Assembly: GCA_044892505.1 (NCBI GenBank)
Contig: CM097884.1
Location: 160,828,001 to 160,892,000 of the forward strand
DNA: 64,000 nucleotides
Direction: 5' to 3'
DNA from: Schmidtea nova
Lineage: Eukaryota
A program made the translations under genes and the position numbers. Each line of letters opens with the position of its first letter. The first letter of the stretch is position 1. The notes beneath the pieces were generated by a model, which was not told where the DNA came from, searched no databases, and was given only the letters and a program-made list of their open reading frames with translations. Of the stretch, positions 54,823 through 64,000 are shown piece by piece.

Positions 54823-57579
54823 TTTATTTTTTTGTGTTACGCGCTTCGGTCTTTTAATAGTTTTGCGATGAATATTAATTATTTCCTCATTTGACGTAGC
54901 TGGACCTAAATCAATGTCAGTGGGAAGCAAGCGCTTAAGACTTTCTCTGTCTTTGTCTGATGTCAATAGAATGTTATCATCTATGTTAGGGGAAGGAGAT
55001 ATTTCTACAGATTCTTCATTAGAATCAACGACATTCTCAACAGTTTTCACACTATCAATTGTTGTATCGACATTTTCAGCAATCGTCTCAGAATTTACAT
55101 GTGGTAAAACATATTCAAGTAGTCTCGAGATGTGTACGCTCATACTAGGTGAACAAATTTTCCTACAATATTGAGGAACACGGAAACGTCTGTTGCCATT
55201 TAAGAAATATCTCTTATCTCTTACTACAAAAAACACGAGTCTCTTTGCTCTTAAAATCTCATCATCAGTTAGTTCAGATTCAAAATCATTGATCTTACTA
55301 GATATTATATTAAGCGCCTTGATTTGATCCGACTTATTTGGAAGAGACTTATCTACAAACTCTAAGAAAGCATTTAACTCAGAAATAGTTTTGGGAGAGA
55401 TTATGTTATGGATCTTGTCAATCTCTTGAGACAAATTAACCTGCTTTAGTTTCAGAAGTCTTTCCTGACAACTAGTTTTATAATAAGAACTACTGAGATT
55501 CTCGATCATTTCTGGGCCCCATATCTCAATCGTGTCAATGTCCAATGAGTACGAGTTTTCAATATCTGTTATGGAATGCATTAAAAAGCAATTCCTAAGA
55601 TAGTTTTGAACGTATATATCAAAACTCGGCTTAATAATTAATTTTAGGGAATCCCTTAATTTTAAATAATTTAGGTAAAAAATTATGTCAACCAGTTTTT
55701 GAGATGAAGTTGGTTGATCAAGAAGAGAACTAAACACATTGTCATCCTCTGACATCTGAACAAAGTTCAGTAGCCCTAAATTAAATATGATATCGGAGGC
55801 ACCATCTTCGTGCACAGCGACTGAATTTTCACTATAAATTTTAATAAATTTGCCCCCTGTAAATGAAATCTGTTCAGGGAATTTATTTTCAGATTTTAAT
55901 TTTTCTATTAAATTATTTAATGCGTGAGGATTAGCATATGTGTTTTCAATAAAACACAATTCCTCAATTTCTGGGTGTGATTTAAATAAATTTTGTAATT
56001 GCAACCTTGACAATTCAGATGCAGTTTGAGTTGAGAAAATTTCATCTGAATCGCAAGTGCTAAGAATATCGAGCATTACAAAATCTCCGTCTAGATATTT
56101 AATCTGTGATTTTATTAAAAAGTCAGGGAGCTCTTTTCGCTGTTTTAATTCGCGAAGAATATTATTAATTTGTATTTCCCTGGACTTTAAATTACTAATA
56201 GACACAGTGCCGGCCAGTTTCGACGAAAGGGAACAAAGAAAACGCTTAATAATTGAAGAAGCCGGGACAAATTTTGTATTTGTATTGTTGGCCTTCAAAA
56301 TGTTTGATCCAATCAAAAACGTCTTTGTAGAGGATTTTAAAATATTATTATTTAAAGGGACAACTTTATCAGGCACCAAATTCTGAAAAACACAGATATT
56401 ATGATTTCTATAAAAGAAACCTTCAAACCCAGCGATGCTTAGTGGATTTTCCTCTTTTATAATAATTAAAAGGTCATTGTTAATTAAATCAAATTTGTTG
56501 CTTGATTCTTTTAATTTCAAAAGTTTGTGAAATTTGGGAAATAATCTAAGAAAAGAATTTTTCTCCTTTTTTGTTAATATACGCGGTAAAATATTTTCAA
56601 AAATTTCTTTTTTTAATTTAAGATGAGAATTTTTATTTTTATTATTATTTCTGAAATTAGAATTTGATTTCATTTTCAAACTTTCCAATTTGAAATTTCG
56701 TTTATTTTGAAAGTTCTTATCAGTATTAAAATTATTTTTAGATTTAATTTCCTGATCATTTGATTTTAAATTAGAAATGTTATTTGCAGTTGAAATTTCG
56801 AAATTTTCAAAATTTCGATTGTTTAAATTATCCAATTTAATCGCAGGTAAATTAATATTTTCAAAAACAGGTTTAATAATTTTCTTTTTATTTTCATTAT
56901 TATTATTAATAGTTATATTATAATTTTCCAGCCAATTTCCATCGATTGCATAGCTTTCAGGAGTAGATCCATCATCTAGTAGAAGGATCTTTTCAAAATT
57001 ATTATTTTTATTAAAAAATAAATTTTTGTTATTTAGATTTTTGTTATTTAAAGTACTTTTTACATTATTATTATTATCTTTATAATCACTTAAATTTTGA
57101 CTATTCGGCTTTTCTAGTTGAATTGTTCGTTCGTTTTTAGTCTGTGTAGAATTATTTCTGTAAATTGTCGACTTATTTAATAAAATTTTATGACATGAAT
57201 AGCAAAGATTGCCTGCACTTTTGTCATTTTTATTTACATTCAAAGAGTTGTCATACAATTCGCTATTTTTATCTAAATTAGGAATTATTCTAAAATTTTC
57301 AATATTAGATTTACAATTAAAAGTAGATAAATTAGCATATAAATTACCACGACCAAAACCGGACACACCATTGTCAGAATTACCATTGTGAAAATTACAA
57401 TTATAATTTAAATTATCATTTAGATTTTTCGAACCAAAATTAGATATAGGTTTATTTACAAAATCTTGGTTCGAAACTTCCAAAAATTTAACAATATAAT
57501 CTAACTTACAGTTATTAGAATAAATCATCCTTTCAAGCTCTGACAAATTCGCCCCAAATGGCACAAAATTATCCTGCAT
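54820..57579 (-). CDS. ORF1, copy 4, 919 aa
   Basis: Intact; extra NNKNL repeat. Confidence 0.85.
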   Translation of the reverse strand: MQDNFVPFGANLSELERMIYSNNCKLDYIVKFLEVSNQDFVNKPISNFGSKNLNDNLNYNCNFHNGNSDNGVSGFGRGNLYANLSTFNCKSNIENFRIIPNLDKNSELYDNSLNVNKNDKSAGNLCYSCHKILLNKSTIYRNNSTQTKNERTIQLEKPNSQNLSDYKDNNNNVKSTLNNKNLNNKNLFFNKNNNFEKILLLDDGSTPESYAIDGNWLENYNITINNNNENKKKIIKPVFENINLPAIKLDNLNNRNFENFEISTANNISNLKSNDQEIKSKNNFNTDKNFQNKRNFKLESLKMKSNSNFRNNNKNKNSHLKLKKEIFENILPRILTKKEKNSFLRLFPKFHKLLKLKESSNKFDLINNDLLIIIKEENPLSIAGFEGFFYRNHNICVFQNLVPDKVVPLNNNILKSSTKTFLIGSNILKANNTNTKFVPASSIIKRFLCSLSSKLAGTVSISNLKSREIQINNILRELKQRKELPDFLIKSQIKYLDGDFVMLDILSTCDSDEIFSTQTASELSRLQLQNLFKSHPEIEELCFIENTYANPHALNNLIEKLKSENKFPEQISFTGGKFIKIYSENSVAVHEDGASDIIFNLGLLNFVQMSEDDNVFSSLLDQPTSSQKLVDIIFYLNYLKLRDSLKLIIKPSFDIYVQNYLRNCFLMHSITDIENSYSLDIDTIEIWGPEMIENLSSSYYKTSCQERLLKLKQVNLSQEIDKIHNIISPKTISELNAFLEFVDKSLPNKSDQIKALNIISSKINDFESELTDDEILRAKRLVFFVVRDKRYFLNGNRRFRVPQYCRKICSPSMSVHISRLLEYVLPHVNSETIAENVDTTIDSVKTVENVVDSNEESVEISPSPNIDDNILLTSDKDRESLKRLLPTDIDLGPATSNEEIINIHRKTIKRPKRVTQKNK

Positions 57580-57940
57580 TAATATTTTAAAAAATTTATT
57601 AACCTTTTCAATATCTTTCTTATAAATTTATTATAATGAGTTATTTAAACAAATTTATATTAAAGGTTTTCAAATTTCGAAATTTACTTTTCCTCGACAA
57701 AATCAAACAACGCATGGCAAATGTTTGCCATTTTCAATCAAATGACAATCTCTTTCACAAATCTCATAGAATTTTGATTTTGTAAAATTATTAATAATTT
57801 TTTTTCAAATAATGGTAACGACCTTGGAACGTTTATATTAATCCAATTTGTTGAATTTGATTTTGAGTAGAGCAAATTAGTTTCGACAAATTTACAACGT
57901 TTACAATCTTATCATGATGATAAGATTGTAAAAAAAAATA

Positions 57941-58012
57941 TTCCCTGACCGGGAGTCGAACCCGGGCCACCTGGGTGAGAGCCAGGAATCCTAACCGCTA
58001 GACCATCAGGGA
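57941..58012 (-). tRNA. trnE-CTC: tRNA-Glu(CTC), variant T9 terminator
   Basis: Same as 362-433. Confidence 0.96.
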
Positions 58013-58316
58013 TCGATATATGTTTCCAATCTCTAGTTAAAGGTTTTCGAATTTCGAAATTTACTTTTCCTCGACAAAATCAAACAACGCATGGCAAATG
58101 TTTGCCATTTTCAATCAAATGACAATCTCTTTCACAAATCTCATAGAATTTTGATTTTGTAAAATTATTAATAATTTTTTTTCAAATAATGGTAACGACC
58201 TTGGAACGTTTATATTAATCCAATTTGTTGAATTTGATTTTGAGTAGAGCAAATTAGTTTCGACAAATTTACAACGTTTACAATCTTATCATGATGATAA
58301 GAAAGTGAAAAAAATA

Positions 58317-58388
58317 TTCCCTGACCGGGAGTCGAACCCGGGCCACCTGGGTGAGAGCCAGGAATCCTAACCGCTAGACCATCAGGGA
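58317..58388 (-). tRNA. trnE-CTC: tRNA-Glu(CTC)
   Basis: Same as 362-433. Confidence 0.96.
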
Positions 58389-58692
58389 TCGATATATGTT
58401 TCCAATCTCTAGTTAAAGGTTTTCGAATTTCGAAATTTACTTTTCCTCGACAAAATCAAACAACGCATGGCAAATGTTTGCCATTTTCAATCAAATGACA
58501 ATCTCTTTCACAAATCTCATAGAATTTTGATTTTGTAAAATTATTAATAATTTTTTTTCAAATAATGGTAACGACCTTGGAACGTTTATATTAATCCAAT
58601 TTGTTGAATTTGATTTTGAGTAGAGCAAATTAGTTTCGACAAATTTACAACGTTTACAATCTTATCATGATGATAAGAAAGTGAAAAAAATA

Positions 58693-58764
58693 TTCCCTGA
58701 CCGGGAGTCGAACCCGGGCCACCTGGGTGAGAGCCAGGAATCCTAACCGCTAGACCATCAGGGA
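58693..58764 (-). tRNA. trnE-CTC: tRNA-Glu(CTC)
   Basis: Same as 362-433. Confidence 0.96.
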
Positions 58765-59068
58765 TCGATATATGTTTCCAATCTCTAGTTAAAGGTTTTC
58801 GAATTTCGAAATTTACTTTTCCTCGACAAAATCAAACAACGCATGGCAAATGTTTGCCATTTTCAATCAAATGACAATCTCTTTCACAAATCTCATAGAA
58901 TTTTGATTTTGTAAAATTATTAATAATTTTTTTTCAAATAATGGTAACGACCTTGGAACGTTTATATTAATCCAATTTGTTGAATTTGATTTTGAGTAGA
59001 GCAAATTTGTTTCGACAAATTTACAACGTTTACAATCTTATCATGATGATAAGAAAGTGAAAAAAATA

Positions 59069-59121
59069 TTCCCTGACCGGGAGTCGAACCCGGGCCACCT
59101 GGGTGAGAGCCAGGAATCCTA
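59069..59121 (-). pseudogene. tRNA-Glu disrupted by element copy 5
   Basis: aggaatccta|gtaaacg junction. Confidence 0.95.
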
Positions 59122-62100
59122 GTAAACGTTTATTAATTATAATAAATTTTCCAAATTTACAATGGGACAATGCTCTACATGGAGCATGCCTTTCATGAAA
59201 GATACAGCAAATAAAGAGACAGAATTTCAATGATAGTTAAAATCAAATGTGAGAAAATAAGGTCTCAATAAATGTTGCTTTTCATAAATGTTCCCTGGCG
59301 ATGATTTGAAATATTTCATCGGACTGTTTTTCCGGCTTTGCGGCATCCTTCAGCCTATCTTTTCATGTCATGATCACAGTCTTTTTGTTTTCTGAGGAAT
59401 CCGCAGCAATAAAACTTCTTCACGAGTCAAGGTGTCTAGAGACATTGAGTTTACAGACGCTAGAATTGGTTCTACTAAATAAATATACAAATATACATAT
59501 ATACATATATAAATCCTCGGACTCGGGCGGAAATAAATCTAAAATAAATTTTATCTACAAATTAAAAAAAAAGGTTTATACTATATACATTAAAATGGCA
59601 ATTCTCCGCACAACGAGTGTCTGCATTTTGATCGTGGCATTCATTACAAATCTCACAAGTCTCTAAGATAACCAGTCGTATGAAAATGCCACCTATTGGC
59701 TGAGTGTTTGATATTACTTATCGCACACTGTTTCAAAAGAGGATCGATTTTCTTCAAAGGTATTCCAACCTTTAAAAGAACATCGAAAGTCAAAGGTGGA
59801 ATTGATCCTAGAGAACCAATGATACAAGTGAGTAGTTCTACCTTGTAATCAGGTTTCGCGATTTGAATTGCCTTTCTTAACGATTCGTATTTTAACAGGT
59901 TTTCTTTATTTACCTGCTCAAAACTCGAAAGACAATCAATCGGACATTTCATGTCTACCATGAGAATTCTTTTCCTATTTACGTCGGTGATGATGAGGTC
60001 AACTCGCTCTTTAGAGTATGGAACCAACGAACAAGTTTGATCGATAACGACAATAAGATTCGGATCTGTCAGTTGATCTGTTATCAATTTCAAACAATCA
60101 TTGTGTCTTTTTGTTGCAAGTGTTTGATGAACTTTACATGATTGCAAAACATGTGCCATTGTTTCCTCCTCAGAGTGGCAGCGACGACAAAGTCTTTCTT
60201 TTACATTTCGATAAGGTTTAGCTAGAAATGACAATGTATTCGTGCGAGCACGATGGATGAAATTCCAAGAGAATTCTGACAGATCACTTCGAAAGATTGC
60301 TTTATTGATCTTAGGCGAAAGAGTGATTGCTGATGCGATCAAATTACTTTTATTACTACTTTGCCATTTGGAAAGATAAGAATCAAAAAGCGTATCATGC
60401 AAGATCTTAGAAATAGAATTCCGAAAATCGGGAGTTGCGATCAATGTACCTCGCTCTTTTGTTGTAATATGAAGCACAGGTTCATTATTTAGGGTTTGAA
60501 AGGATATCCTAATGGCATGAATTTTATTCAGGAATTCTACAGATGTTCGCGCTCTCCGAAAACGTGTTTTCTTTCCATGATGGATGCGCTTGCATTCAAT
60601 GCCATTTAACCAATCAAAGCTATCCTGAAGAGTTGGATGCTGAATTCCAAGTCGAGAACTAGTGACAAATTTCAAAGAGTCTGTATTGATCTTTTTTGCA
60701 TAATTGCAAATGGAAGTAAAAAGTCGAAAAAAGTGCACTATGGTTTGGACATGATATTCGTCAAGCAGGTCAACACAAGAAGCTCCACCATTTTCCGTGG
60801 AGTTGTAAAAATATGAAATCTCTGAATTTTCAGGAAGATTCATCATTTTTCTCAAATGACTTCTCAATTTACTTGTGTTGTTACCAGTGACATTGCTATT
60901 TCCATAAGGGATTGCCAAAGTACTTGTTTTTATTTCCCTCGTTCTAAAAGGAAAGATGAGGCGTGAATGTAGAAAAATCTTGTAAGCTTTGAGTTTTTGC
61001 CAGCCTAACAAGTCAGAGTTTGCAAGTTTTTTGGCGTCAGATATTACCTTATTTAGGATATCATAAGGGCTTTGATCAATATCTTCTCCAACTGGGACAC
61101 CAAGATACTGATAGAACTCGCGAGATAGCAATTTCTTGATTTTGATATTTTCAATAGAAATTTCACTATCTATGTGGACCTTAGGAAGTTGAATGTATCC
61201 ACATTTTTCTGGTCGATATACAAAACCTATTTGTGCAGCAGTGTCAACAGCTATATCAGTGATTCGTTGCAAGTCACTGACATTTTTTGATATTAAAGCA
61301 ATGTCGTCTGCGTATGCAAGAATTTGTAACGGAGATGTGCCAATCATGAATGGTTCTACTGTCGATCGGCTGACAGCTTCAAGTACCGGATTAATCGCAA
61401 TGGCGAATAAAATCATTGAAATTGGGCATCCTTGTTTCACCCCTTGTCTAATAGCTATGTTTGAAGTGAGAACTGGTCCGCAACTGTACATAGAAGATGT
61501 GTCGGAATAAAGTAGTTGCAATATCGTAGTGAACTCATCACATACGCCAATATATCGAAGGACAGACCACATGTATTCATGAGGGACACTACCAAATGCG
61601 TCTTTAATGTCAAGCCATGCAATCGATATTGGACAATCTTTACTATATTTAGAGTGTTCCAAAGCAGCTGTCAGTATGGAATTGTGTTCAACACAGCCAT
61701 CGTGTTCTGAACCTCCCTTTTGTCCAATGTGTAGAATGTTGTTCAAATCTACCCAAGTAGTAAGACGTCTAGCCAGTATCGAAGCAAAAACCTTATAAAT
61801 CACTGACAATAAGGCAATCGGCCTCCAAGATGACACATTATCGTATTTGTCATTCTTGTCAGGTTTCGGAATCAAAAGAGTCCTGAAAGATTTCCAATCA
61901 TTTGGAACGATTTTATCGGTTATTATTCGGTTAAAAAGAAATGCAAGGAGATCCCCATCGGGATCCAAAAGACGCAAATCTCTATATTGAATACCATCAG
62001 AACCAGGAGATGTGTTGTCAGCTTTTTTAAGCTCAAACAATACCTCGACTGGCAATATTCGATCGAGTTTCAAAGGCTTTTGTGATTTTTTACAGAATTG

Positions 62101-64000
62101 AAGGACAGAATTCCAGCATTTGGATATAGGTAATGCGTGACTATAATATTTAATAATGTCTTCAATTGAAGGCCTTACATTTATTTTAAAATTATCAATG
62201 ATTTTACTGACGGCTCTTTTCATTTCCGTCATAAATAGAGAAATAATTTGAGTTTTATTTAATTTTGAGTTATCTCTCTTATTTTTCCCTAAATAAAGTT
62301 TAAAAGTTGATTTCTTACGATCAGGAAATTCTTTGATAATTATGTCAATGATCTCATTGACAGTTGAAAATTTAATTGCTATTAAAAGGTCTTTGATTTT
62401 AATTTTGCGTTGAATTAAATTTAATTTAACTAGTTCCTTTTCATTCCCTTTTGGTATTATTTTAGTGTTAATTTTATTTGTTTTATTGGCAACTGGAACT
62501 AAGGAACTAATAACATTTCCAATATCGCGCAGGTTGATGTTTTCAAGGGATATGTCACAAGCATAATGTTTGATAAATGCGCATATAAGTATTTTACAGA
62601 GAAGACCTGAACCTCGCACATCATGTGGACAAATACCGTTTGTCAATGCACGACCAGGGGTTTCTCGTAATTCATTAATTTTTTCAATGATGGTTTTACT
62701 CATTGAGAGATAATTAATACCGGATAAAAGAGTTGTTGGATTCAAAATATAATGTGCATCGGTATTGTAATCTATTATTAATAAGTTTTCCCTTGATTTT
62801 TGGGGGGTTATAACTGAAAAAATGACTTGTGCTTTAACAAGACATTCATAATTTAGAAATGTACTGATGTATTGGGTACAATCATCGAGGATCGCCGTTG
62901 ACATTGTTGCGTTTAACAAGATAAAGGTCGGTGATAATTTTAGATTGTTAAAATAAGTTGTTAGAATTTGATCGTCAAGCTTCCCATTTATTGTGTCTAA
63001 GTTTAAACAGATTTCATTTACATGTTTTAGTTTCAATGATTTTAGTGATTTTGTAGTATCTTCAAGATTGGCAATGTTATTAAAAATTAACTTTTCTAAT
63101 AAAGTAATGAAATATGATGCCATTATGATTGGTTCAACGGAAAATATTGGTGAGAAACTGATCTCGTGATCAATGATAAAGTTAATCTTTCTCTGAAGGA
63201 AAAATTGATTCAAATAATCGGTCATATTTTCTCCTATACCGATTAATCTTTCTTTTACAGTTTGAAAGCCTGTAGTAAAAATGTGACTTTTTCCGAGTTG
63301 AACAGAGAACAGAAATAAGCACCAAGAGTTGTTATTTGGAATAATACTTATTACATGTTCAATGTATTGAAATTGTTTGAAAGTCACGTTTTCAATAATG
63401 AAAGCATTATTTTGCGCAACTATATTTGACGTTAATTCGGGAGAGAGAACCATTATATTAGTGTAGGTTGAAAACCATTTATCAATCAATGTTGATATGC
63501 ATGGGTTTTCGTTATATAGCATGATGTTATTTGCTTTGCTTTTATATCTAACTGCTTTCTTGAAGTTGATCAAGTTCATAAAGTTTGACTTTGGCGGACC
63601 ACCTCCAATTGTTTTTGATGTAATAGTGGTACAGTTAGCATTATTATTGAAAACATCTTCCCTTATACTATTTACAAAATTATCAGGAAAGTATTCCCAA
63701 ACTTGACTAATTATCAATGCGTAAGCGCAGACAAAAGGCCCACAATCAAAGTCGTTATTTTGATATTCAAGTTTTATATGGGGATTATATGTTACCGCCG
63801 CTTTAAGTTTAAACAATTTGTTTAAAGCCATATTTATTTTAAGGGCGCTCGTTTTGTTGATAAATTTATTTTTATTTTCAAGAATTGGATCAATGTAGTA
63901 CGAAAGTAAGGATGATTTACAGTACACGAACAAGATCCAATGTGCGTTTGATATATTTAATGGGCAAAGTATTATTTGCGCGTTAAACACCGTTTCTGGA
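59122..64000 (-). mobile_element. tRNA-Glu-targeting RLE retrotransposon, copy 5 (5' part outside window)
   Basis: Same 3' junction and 3' UTR; ORF2 runs to the window edge. Confidence 0.95.
59653..64000 (-). CDS. ORF2, copy 5, N-terminus cut by window edge
   Basis: Matches residues about 79-1526 of copy 1, intact. Confidence 0.93.
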   Translation of the reverse strand, partial: PETVFNAQIILCPLNISNAHWILFVYCKSSLLSYYIDPILENKNKFINKTSALKINMALNKLFKLKAAVTYNPHIKLEYQNNDFDCGPFVCAYALIISQVWEYFPDNFVNSIREDVFNNNANCTTITSKTIGGGPPKSNFMNLINFKKAVRYKSKANNIMLYNENPCISTLIDKWFSTYTNIMVLSPELTSNIVAQNNAFIIENVTFKQFQYIEHVISIIPNNNSWCLFLFSVQLGKSHIFTTGFQTVKERLIGIGENMTDYLNQFFLQRKINFIIDHEISFSPIFSVEPIIMASYFITLLEKLIFNNIANLEDTTKSLKSLKLKHVNEICLNLDTINGKLDDQILTTYFNNLKLSPTFILLNATMSTAILDDCTQYISTFLNYECLVKAQVIFSVITPQKSRENLLIIDYNTDAHYILNPTTLLSGINYLSMSKTIIEKINELRETPGRALTNGICPHDVRGSGLLCKILICAFIKHYACDISLENINLRDIGNVISSLVPVANKTNKINTKIIPKGNEKELVKLNLIQRKIKIKDLLIAIKFSTVNEIIDIIIKEFPDRKKSTFKLYLGKNKRDNSKLNKTQIISLFMTEMKRAVSKIIDNFKINVRPSIEDIIKYYSHALPISKCWNSVLQFCKKSQKPLKLDRILPVEVLFELKKADNTSPGSDGIQYRDLRLLDPDGDLLAFLFNRIITDKIVPNDWKSFRTLLIPKPDKNDKYDNVSSWRPIALLSVIYKVFASILARRLTTWVDLNNILHIGQKGGSEHDGCVEHNSILTAALEHSKYSKDCPISIAWLDIKDAFGSVPHEYMWSVLRYIGVCDEFTTILQLLYSDTSSMYSCGPVLTSNIAIRQGVKQGCPISMILFAIAINPVLEAVSRSTVEPFMIGTSPLQILAYADDIALISKNVSDLQRITDIAVDTAAQIGFVYRPEKCGYIQLPKVHIDSEISIENIKIKKLLSREFYQYLGVPVGEDIDQSPYDILNKVISDAKKLANSDLLGWQKLKAYKIFLHSRLIFPFRTREIKTSTLAIPYGNSNVTGNNTSKLRSHLRKMMNLPENSEISYFYNSTENGGASCVDLLDEYHVQTIVHFFRLFTSICNYAKKINTDSLKFVTSSRLGIQHPTLQDSFDWLNGIECKRIHHGKKTRFRRARTSVEFLNKIHAIRISFQTLNNEPVLHITTKERGTLIATPDFRNSISKILHDTLFDSYLSKWQSSNKSNLIASAITLSPKINKAIFRSDLSEFSWNFIHRARTNTLSFLAKPYRNVKERLCRRCHSEEETMAHVLQSCKVHQTLATKRHNDCLKLITDQLTDPNLIVVIDQTCSLVPYSKERVDLIITDVNRKRILMVDMKCPIDCLSSFEQVNKENLLKYESLRKAIQIAKPDYKVELLTCIIGSLGSIPPLTFDVLLKVGIPLKKIDPLLKQCAISNIKHSANRWHFHTTGYLRDL

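Larger units (their letters stand above)
49699..57659 (-). mobile_element. tRNA-Glu-targeting RLE retrotransposon, copy 4, 7961 bp
   Basis: Same junctions; +15 bp in ORF1, net +3 bp in 3' UTR homopolymers. Confidence 0.95.
57660..59121 (-). repeat. tRNA-Glu array block E (3 full genes + disrupted gene)
   Basis: 59069-57941 = 3 x 376. Confidence 0.98.

Noticed and set aside
3047-64000. Element repeats as pure assembly duplication
   Set aside because: Copies differ by many SNPs/indels and have different flanking haplotypes and block lengths; exact unit counts still need spanning reads

Overview
AT-rich eukaryotic DNA (tRNA is metazoan-like, no encoded CCA) built from two components. (1) A tandem array of a 376-bp unit with one minus-strand tRNA-Glu(CTC) gene (72 nt, T7 Pol III terminator) and a 304-bp spacer. 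There are 68 full-length genes in five blocks (7, 20, 14, 24, 3), two visibly mutated, plus one partial gene at the left edge. (2) Five near-identical copies (four complete at about 7.95 kb, one cut by the right edge; about 57% of the window) of a non-LTR retrotransposon of the restriction-like-endonuclease (R2 superfamily, NeSL/R5-like) type. All five are inserted in tRNA sense orientation at the same base (between tRNA nt 19 and 20, D-loop/A-box). No TSD; the four visible 5' junctions show the same 43-bp upstream deletion. Each complete element has an unrecognised ORF1 (914/919 aa) and ORF2 (1526 aa: Ulp1-like protease, RT, CCHC knuckle, RLE). Highlights: ORF1 and ORF2 are in the same frame, separated by one UGA that is followed 10 nt later by a perfect 11-bp stem, and ORF2 has no AUG upstream of its protease motif, suggesting programmed readthrough into a 2443-aa Gag-Pol-like polyprotein. 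ORF2 appears to start with three tandem Ulp1-like folds, only the first with an intact catalytic triad. Copy 2 sits in a rare mutant tRNA allele also present uninserted at 43254, arguing for repeated site-specific insertion. All calls are by eye; no database searches were run.
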